Assembly: GCF_036497245.1 (NCBI RefSeq)
Contig: NZ_DASXJS010000170.1
Location: forward strand, 3,799 to 67,798
Length of the DNA stretch: 64,000 bases
Direction: 5' to 3'
Source of the DNA: Actinomycetospora sp.
GTDB lineage: Bacteria > Actinomycetota > Actinomycetes > Mycobacteriales > Pseudonocardiaceae
Of the stretch, positions 19,388 to 28,327 are shown piece by piece. A program made the position numbers and the translations under genes. A model generated the notes under the pieces. It was given only the letters and a program-made list of their open reading frames with translations, searched no databases and was not told the DNA's origin. The first letter of the stretch is position 1. Every line of letters starts with the position of its first letter.

Positions 19388-19426
19388 CACCGACCGCTCC
19401 AGCACCACCGAGGCGGCCGGTGTCAG
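19384..19426 (+). terminator. Hairpin at HNH gene end
   Basis: ctgacaccgaccgc / gcggccggtgtcag 14-bp stem with 1 mismatch. Confidence 0.5.
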
Positions 19427-19486
19427 GTCATGCCCGGAGGCGGGAGCGGGGCCGGCGGCCGTCGAGGCGGAGCTCCCGAAGATCCT

Positions 19487-19523
19487 GGAACGGCCCCACC
19501 GGTCGTCATGATCGGGTTAGCGT
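19487..19523 (+). promoter_or_regulatory. Copy B of repeated T7SS-cassette upstream motif
   Basis: GGAACGGCCCCACCGGTCGTCATGATCGGGTTAGCGT ending in TANNNT -10. Confidence 0.65.
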
Positions 19524-19562
19524 GCTCCGACGGCAGGAGTGTCCGGTCCGGGGAGGCGTGCA

Positions 19563-19901
19563 GTGGAGATCGTCGTGGCCGAGTGGGATGCCCCGTCGCT
19601 GGGCCCGCCGCCGGAGGTTCCCGAGCCGGAGTGGATGACCTCGGGGGAGTACGTGTTCGTCCCGGTGCGCGAGGTGCCTGCCGGCGCGGAGGCGCTGCTC
19701 GAGTTGCGGACGCTGATCGACGGTCGGCTCGCGCTGCCGGTGTACGCGTCGGCCACCTCGCTGGTGCGCTGCTGCGGGGACGCCCAGCCCTACGGAGTGT
19801 TCCCGGCGGCCGCGGTCGAGGAACTCTTCGTGGCGAGCGGCGCGGACGTGGTGGGTGCCGACCTGCCGCTGCCGCTCGAGGAGCGGCGGACCCTGTCGTG
19901 A
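19563..19901 (+). CDS. SAV_915 family (SseB-like) protein
   Basis: VFVPV...LELRTL.DGRLALPVY.S...LV.CCG..QP; RBS GGGAGG. Confidence 0.8.
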   Translation: MEIVVAEWDAPSLGPPPEVPEPEWMTSGEYVFVPVREVPAGAEALLELRTLIDGRLALPVYASATSLVRCCGDAQPYGVFPAAAVEELFVASGADVVGADLPLPLEERRTLS

Positions 19902-19943
19902 TGGGGCTGCGGTCGTGATGGGGGCCGTGACCGGGGTGGGGTC

Positions 19944-20291
19944 GTGACCGGGCCCGGGTTCGACGTCGACCCGGCGGGGATGGACGCGGTCGGTGCGCGG
20001 ATGGCGGGCTCCACAGCGGCGCTGGGGGCGGCCGCCGGCGGCGGGGCCGGAGCGCCGGTCGCGGGTACGGCGACCGGTGCGGTCATGGCCTACCTGGAAG
20101 CGGTGACCGGGGCAGCGGCACGGTTCACCGAGGCGGCGCAGCGCAGCGGGGAAGCCGTCGGGCAGGTCGCGGCGGGTTATGCGCGGGGCGACCAGGATGC
20201 CGCCTCGCAGATCGGGTCGGTGCCGGGGCTTGGTGGAGACGGGCCCGGCGGTGAGGGCCCTGGCGGTGCGGGGTCCGGCGGAGGCGGCTGA
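19944..20291 (+). CDS. Small type VII secretion substrate (EspC/WXG100-like)
   Basis: GFDVDP N-terminus, Ala/Gly helical hairpin, C-terminal YARGD (YxxxD signal). Confidence 0.7.
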   Translation: MTGPGFDVDPAGMDAVGARMAGSTAALGAAAGGGAGAPVAGTATGAVMAYLEAVTGAAARFTEAAQRSGEAVGQVAAGYARGDQDAASQIGSVPGLGGDGPGGEGPGGAGSGGGG

Positions 20292-20294
20292 GCA

Positions 20295-20395
20295 GCCGAT
20301 CGACACCCGTCGACGTCGACCCCGGCCGCGTACCGAGATCGAACACCCCCACACCCTGAGCCTGCGCCGACGCGCTCAGGGCCGTCGGGCCCGGA
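20295..20395 (+). pseudogene. Frameshifted stub of a paralog of the 27100 effector gene
   Basis: gccgatcgacaccc-gtcgacgtcgaccccg vs gccgatcgacacccacgtcgatgccgaccccg at 27102. Confidence 0.55.
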
Positions 20396-20462
20396 CGCGC
20401 GGATGGTGTCGGTCCGGAGTGTCCGCGGCTCTTGACGCGACCCTGGACGAAGCTCATATTCG

Positions 20463-20500
20463 TGTTGCGTAGAACACAACGTGATGCGTTCTACGCAACA
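20463..20500. promoter_or_regulatory. Perfect 13-bp inverted repeat operator upstream of demethylase operon
   Basis: TGTTGCGTAGAAC-N12-GTTCTACGCAACA; each half resembles TGCG-N5-CGCA. Confidence 0.7.
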
Positions 20501-20549
20501 GACGACCGAACCCGGTCGCCCTCTCGTCGGCTGGATAGAAGGTGCGCCG

Positions 20550-21758
20550 ATGACGGATCTGCTCGCTACCCCGAGCACTCGCAGTCGGCCGGAACACTCC
20601 GAGGTGATCACGAGCCCGGCGGTGCTGCTCTACCCGCGGCTGCGCCGATCTCCGTACTTCTGGAGCTCACGGGCCCACGGGGTGGCCATGTACAGCGTCT
20701 ACAACCACACCTATCACCCGCGCCATTACGGCGATCCGGTCTCGGAGTACTGGGCGCTCTGCGAGGGCGTGACCCTCTGGGACGTCGGCGTCGAGCGGCA
20801 GCTCGAGATCACCGGTCCCGACGCGTTCGCGTTCACCGACATGCTCATCCCGCGCGATCTCTCGCGGTGCGCGGTCGGGCAGTGCAAGTACGTGTTCGTG
20901 ACCGCCCCGGACGGCGGGATCCTCAACGACCCGGTGCTGCTGCGGGTCGACGAGGACCGGTTCTGGCTCTCGCTGGCCGACAGCGACATCGGGCTCTGGG
21001 CGTCGGGCCTGGCCCACGCCGGCGGGTGGGACGTGCGGGTCCGCGAGATCGATGTCGCCCCGGTGCAGGTGCAGGGGCCGCGGGCCAAGGAGGTCATCGC
21101 CGACCTGTTCGGTCGCGAGGTCGCCGACATGCCGTACTACCACCTGCGTCACGCCGAACTGGACGGCCTGTCGACGGTGGTCAGCCGGACCGGCTACAGC
21201 GGCGAGATCGGCTACGAGATCTACCTGCGGCACGCGAGCCGGGACGCCGCGGCGTTGTGGGACCGGGTGTGGGAAGCGGGTCGGCCGTACGGCATGCAGC
21301 CGATCGGGCCCTGCCACATCCGTCGCATCGAGGGCGGCATGCTCGCCTACGGCTGCGACATCACCGCCGACACGAACCCGTTCGAGGTCGGCTACGACTA
21401 CCGCTGGATGGTCGACCTCGAGCAGGGCGGCGACTTCATCGGCAAGCAGGCGCTGATCCGGGCGCGGGAGCGCGGCCTGAGCCGGTCGCTGGTCGGTCTG
21501 GAGATCGACGGCGCGCCGCTGGGCTCGTTCAACGACGGCTCGATGATCGAGCCGTTCCCGGTCCGGGGTGACGGCGGATCGGTGACCAGCGCGTGCTGGT
21601 CACCGCGGCTGGAGCGCAACATCGGGATGGCCATGGTGCCGATCGAGGACACCCCGCTCGGCACCGAGCTGGTCGTGGACGTCCCGGACGGCCCGCGCGA
21701 CGCCTGGGTCGTGGAGAAGCCCTTCCTGGACCCGCGCAAACACACCCCGAAGGGCTGA
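20550..21758 (+). CDS. GcvT-family THF-dependent methyltransferase, DmdA (DMSP demethylase)-like
   Basis: R.RRSP, Y.VYNH, WDV..ERQ..I.GPDA, PRD....GQC.Y, GG.LNDPV, WLSLAD.D, SRTGYSGE.GYEIY. Confidence 0.85.
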   Translation: MTDLLATPSTRSRPEHSEVITSPAVLLYPRLRRSPYFWSSRAHGVAMYSVYNHTYHPRHYGDPVSEYWALCEGVTLWDVGVERQLEITGPDAFAFTDMLIPRDLSRCAVGQCKYVFVTAPDGGILNDPVLLRVDEDRFWLSLADSDIGLWASGLAHAGGWDVRVREIDVAPVQVQGPRAKEVIADLFGREVADMPYYHLRHAELDGLSTVVSRTGYSGEIGYEIYLRHASRDAAALWDRVWEAGRPYGMQPIGPCHIRRIEGGMLAYGCDITADTNPFEVGYDYRWMVDLEQGGDFIGKQALIRARERGLSRSLVGLEIDGAPLGSFNDGSMIEPFPVRGDGGSVTSACWSPRLERNIGMAMVPIEDTPLGTELVVDVPDGPRDAWVVEKPFLDPRKHTPKG

Positions 21759-21790
21759 GCGCCCGGGGACGGGCGACCGAGGAGTCGGCC

Positions 21791-22648
21791 ATGGCCGAGT
21801 CGAGCACGGGAGGGATCAGCAGCGCCGAGGCGGCGCTGCTGGCCCGGGCCCGGTACGAGGTGATGCCGCTGCCGGACGTCTCCCGACGGGCGGTGGCGGA
21901 GCTCCCGCGCGGGGCCACGGTGACGGTGACCGCGTCGCCGACCCGGGCCCCGTCGGCGACCGTCGCGGTCGTCGAGCAACTGGCCACGGCCGGATTCGAT
22001 CCGGTCCCGCACCTGGCCGCCCGCAGCGTGCGGGACGACGCCGAGCTCGCCGGGATCCTCGCGAGGCTGGCGGACGCCGGGGTGCGGGACGTGTTCGTGG
22101 TGGGCGGCGACGCCCGCGAGCCCGTCGGCCGGTTCACCGACGCGCTGGGCCTGATCGAGGCCGTCGAGCGAATCGGGCCGCGGCCGGCCCGGATCGGGGT
22201 GGCGTCCTACCCGGACGGTCACCACCGGATCGACGACGCGACGCTGTGGGCGTCGCTGCGGGCCAAGCAGGAGCACGCCGACTACACCGTGACGCAGCTC
22301 TGCTTCGACGCGGAGACGGTCGGCCGGTTCGTCGCCGAGGCCCGGGCACACGGGATCGATCTGCCGGTCGTGGCCGGCGTGCCCGGGGTGGTCGACACCC
22401 CGCGGCTGCTGCGGGCGGCCGTCCGGGTCGGTGTGGGGGACGCCATGCGCTTCGCCCGGACGAACCCCGCCACCGCCGCGTCGCTGCTGCGGCCCGGTGC
22501 GTACCGCCCCACCGGGCTGGTGCGCGGGCTCGCCCGCCAGGTGGCCGACGGTCGCTGCGCGATCGCCGGGCTGCACCTCTACACGTTCAACGAGATCGCA
22601 CCGACCGTGCGCTGGCTGCGCGCGGAGCAGCGGAGGGCCGCGGCATGA
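21791..22648 (+). CDS. metF: Methylenetetrahydrofolate reductase
   Basis: YEV.P, HLAAR, VGGD, SYPDGH, TQLCFD, GLHLYTFN. Confidence 0.82.
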   Translation: MAESSTGGISSAEAALLARARYEVMPLPDVSRRAVAELPRGATVTVTASPTRAPSATVAVVEQLATAGFDPVPHLAARSVRDDAELAGILARLADAGVRDVFVVGGDAREPVGRFTDALGLIEAVERIGPRPARIGVASYPDGHHRIDDATLWASLRAKQEHADYTVTQLCFDAETVGRFVAEARAHGIDLPVVAGVPGVVDTPRLLRAAVRVGVGDAMRFARTNPATAASLLRPGAYRPTGLVRGLARQVADGRCAIAGLHLYTFNEIAPTVRWLRAEQRRAAA

Positions 22649-25200
22649 CCACTGGCAGCACGACGACGAGCAGCACGACCACGGGCAGCACCAGCGCGCT
22701 GCCCGAACGAGCCCAGGTGATGGTGATCGGGGCAGGCATCGTCGGCAACAGCGTCGTCCACCATCTCGCGCAGCTGGGATGGCGGGATCTCCTGCTGCTC
22801 GACAAGGGTCCGCTCCCGGACCCGGGGGGATCGACGGGCCACGCGTCGAACTTCATCTTCCCGGTCGACCACAGCAAGGAGATCACCGCGCTGACGGTCG
22901 ACTCGATGCGTCAGTACGAGAAGCTCAACACGCTGACCACCTGCGGCGGGATCGAGGTGGCCCGGGTCCCGGAGCGGCTGCAGGAGCTGGACCGGCGGAT
23001 GTCGTCCGCGGCCGCGTGGGACATCGAGGCCGAGCTGATCAGCCCGGCGCAGGTGCAGGACCGCGTCCCCTTCCTGGACCCGACGGTGATCCTCGGCGGG
23101 TTCTGGACCCCGTCGGTCGCGGTGGTCGACCCGCTGCGCACCGGGACGCTGATGCGTGAGCTCGCCGTCGGGCAGGGCGCGCTGCGGGTCTCGGCGAACA
23201 CCGAGGTGCTCGGCATCGACGTCGAGCACGGGCGGGTACGCCGGGTCCGCACCGACCGCGGCGACGTCGAGGTCGAGGCGGTCGTCCTCGCCTGCGGGGT
23301 GTGGAGCCCCGCCCTCGCGGGGATGGCCGGCGCGACCATCCCGCTGACCCCCGCGGTGCACCAGATGATCGACGTCGGTCCGATCGCGGAGCTCGAGCGC
23401 ACCCGTCAGGAGATCGCGTTCCCGATCGTGCGGGACATGGACCCGTTGATGTACGAGCGGCAGAGCGGCGCGGACCTCGAGATCGGGTCCTACGCCCACC
23501 GGCCGATCCTGCACGACCCGGCGGACATCCCGTCGGTGGCCGAGGCCGCCCTGTCGCCGACCCAGCTGCCGTTCACCCCCGACGACTTCGATCCGCAGAT
23601 GGAGCGGGCCCTCGAACTGTTCGGCCCCGTCCTGGACCGCCCGGACGCCGGGGTCCGGCACGCGATCAACGGGCTGCTCTCGCTCACCCCGGACGGTGCC
23701 CCGCTGCTCGGCGAGACCGTCGAGGTGCGCGGGCTGTGGTCGGCCGCCGCCGTCTGGATCAAGGAGGGGCCGGGCGCCGGGCGCGCGGTCGCCGAGTGGA
23801 TGACCGACGGCGCGCCCGAGATCGACACACATCACGTCGACATCGCCCGCTTCCACCCCCACGAGCGCACCCGCGCCCACGTCCGGGCCCGCGCTTCGGA
23901 GGGGTTCAACAAGACCTACGGGATCGTGCACCCGCGTGAGCAGTGGAACTCCGACCGGCCGGCCCGGCTCTCCCCGTTCCACACGCGCGAGGAGGCGCTC
24001 GGGGCGCGGTTCTTCGAGGTCGGAGGGTGGGAGCGCCCGCAGTGGTACGAGTCCAACCGGGACCTGGTCGCGACCTACGGGGTGAGCGCCCGGCCCCACG
24101 AGTGGGACGCCCGCTGGTCGTCGGAGATCGTCGAGGCCGAGCACCGGGTGATGCGTGACCACGTCGCGATGATCGACCTGACCGCGTTCGCCGAGTTCGA
24201 CGTGACCGGTCCGGGTGCGCTCGGGTTCCTGCAGCACCTGTGTGTGGCGCAGATGGACCGCCCCATCGGCCGGGTCATGTACACCCCGTTGCTCGCTCCG
24301 AACGGCGGGTTCCGCGCCGACCTGACCGTGGTGCGCCTCGGGGAACACCACTTCCGGGTGGTGACCGGGGGCGCCGACGGCCCGCGCGATCACCAGTGGT
24401 TCGCCACGCACCTGCCGTCGGACGGCTCGGTCGTGCTGCAGGACGTGACCTCCCAGGTGTGCACGCTCGGGCTGTGGGGCCCCCGGGCCCGCGACGTGCT
24501 CGCCGCGGTGACCGGCGACGACGTGTCCGACGCGGCGTTCGGCTTCGGCACCGCGCGCCGGATCAGCATCGGATCGGTCCCGGTCCTCGCGATGCGGCTG
24601 TCCTACGTGGGCGAGCTGGGTTGGGAGCTGCACGCACCGTTCGAGATGGGGCAGCGGCTCTGGGACGCCCTCGCCGACGCCGGCGGTCCGCACGGCCTGC
24701 GGCCGGTGGGCATCGGGGTCTACGGGACCACCGGTCGGATCGAGAAGGGCTACCGACTGGTCGGTCACGAGCTCGACCAGGAGCACGACCCGGTGGAAGC
24801 GGGTCTGGCGCTGCCCCGGTGCAAGGAGGCCGACTTCGTCGGACGCATCGCCTACATGGAGGCCCGCGCCTGCGAACCGGCCGCGCGGCTGTGCACGCTG
24901 ATCGTCGACGACCACGCCGCGGCCGACGGGACACTGCGGTACCCCCAGGGCGGCGAGCCGGTGCTGACCCGGAGCGGGGAGCGGGTCGTGGACCGGCGGG
25001 GCCGGGTCTCCCGGGTCACCAGCGCCGGGCCCGGGCCGTCGCTGGGCCGCTACCTCCTGATGGCCTTCCTGCCGACGCCCGTCGCCGTCGAAGGCGCCGC
25101 CCTGGCGGTGCAGTACATGGGCGAGCGGTACCCGGTGACGGTCGCCCGGGTGGGCCGGACCCCGCTGTTCGACCCCGACGACACACGGATGCGCGGGTGA
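22645..25200 (+). CDS. Dimethylglycine oxidase/dehydrogenase-type FAD + GcvT-domain protein
   Basis: IGAGIVG, GGSTGHA (covalent FAD His), TPDG.PL.G, GGWERP.WY, RLSYVGELGWE; ~850 aa. Confidence 0.9.
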   Translation: MTTGSTTTSSTTTGSTSALPERAQVMVIGAGIVGNSVVHHLAQLGWRDLLLLDKGPLPDPGGSTGHASNFIFPVDHSKEITALTVDSMRQYEKLNTLTTCGGIEVARVPERLQELDRRMSSAAAWDIEAELISPAQVQDRVPFLDPTVILGGFWTPSVAVVDPLRTGTLMRELAVGQGALRVSANTEVLGIDVEHGRVRRVRTDRGDVEVEAVVLACGVWSPALAGMAGATIPLTPAVHQMIDVGPIAELERTRQEIAFPIVRDMDPLMYERQSGADLEIGSYAHRPILHDPADIPSVAEAALSPTQLPFTPDDFDPQMERALELFGPVLDRPDAGVRHAINGLLSLTPDGAPLLGETVEVRGLWSAAAVWIKEGPGAGRAVAEWMTDGAPEIDTHHVDIARFHPHERTRAHVRARASEGFNKTYGIVHPREQWNSDRPARLSPFHTREEALGARFFEVGGWERPQWYESNRDLVATYGVSARPHEWDARWSSEIVEAEHRVMRDHVAMIDLTAFAEFDVTGPGALGFLQHLCVAQMDRPIGRVMYTPLLAPNGGFRADLTVVRLGEHHFRVVTGGADGPRDHQWFATHLPSDGSVVLQDVTSQVCTLGLWGPRARDVLAAVTGDDVSDAAFGFGTARRISIGSVPVLAMRLSYVGELGWELHAPFEMGQRLWDALADAGGPHGLRPVGIGVYGTTGRIEKGYRLVGHELDQEHDPVEAGLALPRCKEADFVGRIAYMEARACEPAARLCTLIVDDHAAADGTLRYPQGGEPVLTRSGERVVDRRGRVSRVTSAGPGPSLGRYLLMAFLPTPVAVEGAALAVQYMGERYPVTVARVGRTPLFDPDDTRMRG

Positions 25201-25206
25201 GCCGGG

Positions 25207-25962
25207 ATGGACGTGCTGGTCTGCCTCAAGCGGACGCCCGCCGTGGGGTCCGCGGTGCCGCTGACCGCGGACGGCCTCGGGATCGACACCCGCACCATGG
25301 GCTTCACCATCGGTCCGCACGAGGAGTGCGCCGTCGAGGAGGCGGTCCGGATCGCGGAGCGCACCGGCGGCTCGGCGGGGGTCCTGACGGTCGGCCCACC
25401 GGAGGCCGAGGAGCAGCTGCGCTACGCGATGTCGATGGGCGCCGACCACGCCGTCCGGGTGGACGCGGGCACCGCTGACCCGGACCCCGAGCAGACCGCG
25501 GCGGCGATCACGACGGGGCTGCGGGAGCTCGGCGGCCACCCCCTGGTGCTGTTCGGAGCGACCTCCGCGGACTCCGGTCACCACCAGGTGGGGGCCCGGG
25601 TGGCCCGCGCGCTTCGCCGGCCCTTCGTGGGGTGGGTCAAGGGCCTCGACGTCGCCGACGACGAGGTGTGGGCGCGCCGCGAGGTCGACGATCAGGTGGA
25701 GACCTACCGGGCCCCGCTGCCGGCGGTGCTCGCGGTGGCGGAGGGACTCAACCTGCCCCGGTACCCGACGATCAAGGGCCGACTGCGGGCGAGGAAGGCG
25801 CCGATACAGCTGGTCGCGGCGCATCCGGGACCGGGCGGGCTGCGGACCGTGCGGTTGCGGCACCCGGCCGGCGTGGCCACCGAGGCGGTGGTGCTCGGGC
25901 GCGGGGCCGCAGCGGCCGGCGCCGTCGTCGACGTCTTCGAGCAGCTGGGAGTGACGCGATGA
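25207..25962 (+). CDS. etfB: Electron transfer flavoprotein beta subunit
   Basis: VLVCLK..P, AVEEAVR, MGAD, S.D....QVG, N.PRYP. Confidence 0.9.
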   Translation: MDVLVCLKRTPAVGSAVPLTADGLGIDTRTMGFTIGPHEECAVEEAVRIAERTGGSAGVLTVGPPEAEEQLRYAMSMGADHAVRVDAGTADPDPEQTAAAITTGLRELGGHPLVLFGATSADSGHHQVGARVARALRRPFVGWVKGLDVADDEVWARREVDDQVETYRAPLPAVLAVAEGLNLPRYPTIKGRLRARKAPIQLVAAHPGPGGLRTVRLRHPAGVATEAVVLGRGAAAAGAVVDVFEQLGVTR

Positions 25963-26963
25963 TCCTGGCCCTGGTCGAGCAGCGGGACGGTGCGTTCCCG
26001 GCCGACGCGCTGGAGGTGCTCGACGTCGTGCGGGACTTGGCGCACCGGTGCGGCGTCCCCGGCGGGGCAGTGTCTGTCGGGGGAGCGGGGATGCTCGCCC
26101 GTGAGCTGGGCGCGCGGGGGCTCGACCAGCTGCACCTGCTCCGGCACGAGCTGCTCGACGAGGACTCGCCCCAGTACCGGGCCGAGGCGCTGGCCCAGCT
26201 GGTGGCCGACCTGAGTCCGGAGGCGGTGCTCGCGCCGTCCGATCCCCGCAGCAGCGAGGTCCTGGCCGAGGTCGCGGCCCGGGCGGGGCTCCCGCTGGCC
26301 ACGGCGTGCACCGCCGTGACGCCCGGCGAGCCCTGGACGGTGACCCGGGAGCGGGCAGGCGGCATCCTGCTGGAGGACGCCGAGCTGTACGCGCCGGTCC
26401 GGCTGTGCACCCTCGCCCGGGGCGCCGTCGCCGGCGGCGGGGTGGGCAATGGTGCGGCGGGCAGCGGCGGGGCGGACGTCACCGTGCGGACGTTCGTGCC
26501 CACGCTCGACGAGACCGCCCCGCGCGCGACCCTGGTGGAGCGACGGCCCCGCGCCGCGGGAGTGGGACTGGCGAGCGCGCCCGTCGTGGTGTCCGGTGGG
26601 CGTGGCGTCGGCAGCGCGGAGGGCTACCGGATGCTCGAGGAGCTCGCCGAGCTGCTCGGTGGCGCGGTCGGCTGCTCCCGGGTCGCGACCAACAACGGGT
26701 GGCGACCGCACCGCGACCAGGTCGGGCTGACCGGTACGAGGATCACCCCCGCGCTCTACGTCGCGTGCGGCATCAGCGGGGCCACCCAGCACTGGGTGGG
26801 CTGCATGGGGTCGAAGGCGATCCTGGCGATCAACACCGATCCCGAGGCCCCGATGGTCGCGCGGAGCACCTGGGCGGTGATCGGGGACCTGCACGAGGTG
26901 CTGCCCGCGGTGATCGACGAACTGCACCGTCGGAGCGACGCGGCGGCCCGCCCCGGAGCGTGA
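25959..26963 (+). CDS. etfA: Electron transfer flavoprotein alpha subunit
   Basis: VVSGGRGV, GAVGCSR, QVGLTG, LYVACGISGA.QH, AIN.DPEAP. Confidence 0.92.
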   Translation: MILALVEQRDGAFPADALEVLDVVRDLAHRCGVPGGAVSVGGAGMLARELGARGLDQLHLLRHELLDEDSPQYRAEALAQLVADLSPEAVLAPSDPRSSEVLAEVAARAGLPLATACTAVTPGEPWTVTRERAGGILLEDAELYAPVRLCTLARGAVAGGGVGNGAAGSGGADVTVRTFVPTLDETAPRATLVERRPRAAGVGLASAPVVVSGGRGVGSAEGYRMLEELAELLGGAVGCSRVATNNGWRPHRDQVGLTGTRITPALYVACGISGATQHWVGCMGSKAILAINTDPEAPMVARSTWAVIGDLHEVLPAVIDELHRRSDAAARPGA

Positions 26964-27014
26964 GCGTGGTGGACGGCGGCGTCCACGACGCAGGGAATCG
27001 GAGACATGATCTCC

Positions 27015-27051
27015 GGAACGGCCCCACCGGTCGCGGTGATCCGGTTAGCGT
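27015..27051 (+). promoter_or_regulatory. Copy C of repeated T7SS-cassette upstream motif
   Basis: GGAACGGCCCCACCGGTCGCGGTGATCCGGTTAGCGT. Confidence 0.65.
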
Positions 27052-27099
27052 TCCCGTCCGCGGGGCCCCGTCGGCGAGGGGCCCGGGGAGGGGGCGGGG

Positions 27100-28317
27100 A
27101 TGCCGATCGACACCCACGTCGATGCCGACCCCGCCTCGTGCCGGAACACCGCGCGGTGGCTCGACGGGGTCTCGCGGGCCGGGGAGGGCGCGGCGGACGA
27201 GGTCGTCGGGGCCCGCAACGCGTCGTTCGACTGCTGGAGCGGCCCGGCCGGTGACGCCTTCCGCGACCAGGCCGGGCGGATCGGGACGGCGGGGGACACC
27301 ACGTCGGCGCAGGCGCGCATCGGTGGCCAGGCGCTCGACGACTTCGCCGTCTCCGCGCAGGGCGTGCTCGACGCCATGACGCGGGCGCGGGCGGACGCCG
27401 CCGCGGCCGGACTGCCGGTGACCGGCGAGCTGATCGGCGACCCGGTCGCCGTCCTGCCACCGCCGTTGCCGACCCCGCCGGACGGCACGCTCCTGCCGCC
27501 CGAGCAGGTCGCGGCCCACCAGCAGGCCACCGACGCCGCGTCGGCCCAACGGGCGGCGTTCGAGCACGCCCGGCAGGTCACCGAGGAGGCGCGGGCCCGC
27601 TACGTCGAGGCGCAGACCGAGCTCACCGACCGGATCCGGGCGCCCACGAACGAGGCGGTCGCGGTCACGAAAGACGTGATGCTGGGGGTCTCCAGCGTCA
27701 CGTCGACCCTCGGCTCCCTGCAGGGGGCGGCGAAGGTGTGGGCGGAGGCCGCCGAGCGGGCGGCCGCGCAACGGGCCGCGATGATGGGCCTGATGCTGGC
27801 CCCCGGCGTGCCGCTCGAGCAGGCGGTCCGCGGGGCGCTGCAGGCCCGGGACGACCTCGCCGTCGCGCAGCGGGCCGGCGGGGCCAACGCCGACGCGCTC
27901 CGGCGGGCCACGCTCGGAGCGAGTGAGACCTCGCCCGGGCAGCGGCTGCTGAACGGGCTGATCCGCTATCCCGGCCAGTTCGCCGACTCCGGGCTGCTCG
28001 CGTCGGCGAGGCCGGTGCTCAGCCGGGTCCCCGTCGTCAGCCTCGGCTTCGCGGGCGCGGGTTTCGTCACCGACGTCGCGGCCGGTCGCAGCGCGGGCTC
28101 CGCCGCGGCCAAGCAGGGCGCGACGCTGGCCGTCGGTGCCGGAGCCAGCTGGTTGACGACGGCGGCCGTGACGGCCGGGGCGACCGCGATCGGCGTCGGC
28201 GCGGCCGCTGCCCTGCCCGCGGTGCTCGTCGGCGTCCTCGTCGGGGGTGTGGCGGCCTACGCGGTCGGCGCGGACTGGGACTCGATCGAGAGCACCGCGG
28301 AGGACCTGTTCTCGTGA
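27100..28317 (+). CDS. Putative type VII secreted effector (WXG-like N-terminus, hydrophobic Gly/Ala-zipper C-terminus)
   Basis: MPIDT...DP.S, W-x-G motif CWSGPAGDAF, C-terminal GAGA...GATAIGVG...VLVGVLVGG. Confidence 0.65.
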   Translation: MPIDTHVDADPASCRNTARWLDGVSRAGEGAADEVVGARNASFDCWSGPAGDAFRDQAGRIGTAGDTTSAQARIGGQALDDFAVSAQGVLDAMTRARADAAAAGLPVTGELIGDPVAVLPPPLPTPPDGTLLPPEQVAAHQQATDAASAQRAAFEHARQVTEEARARYVEAQTELTDRIRAPTNEAVAVTKDVMLGVSSVTSTLGSLQGAAKVWAEAAERAAAQRAAMMGLMLAPGVPLEQAVRGALQARDDLAVAQRAGGANADALRRATLGASETSPGQRLLNGLIRYPGQFADSGLLASARPVLSRVPVVSLGFAGAGFVTDVAAGRSAGSAAAKQGATLAVGAGASWLTTAAVTAGATAIGVGAAAALPAVLVGVLVGGVAAYAVGADWDSIESTAEDLFS

Positions 28318-28327
28318 GGCTCCGCCG

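Noticed and set aside
19487-19523. GGAAC...GTT as a SigH/SigE/SigR ECF promoter
   Set aside because: Spacer is 24 bp rather than about 17-18; TAGCGT fits a housekeeping -10 better
20550-21758. Calling it gcvT or dmdA outright
   Set aside because: No gcvP/H; DmdA-like motifs but no dmdB/C/D context and substrate unproven
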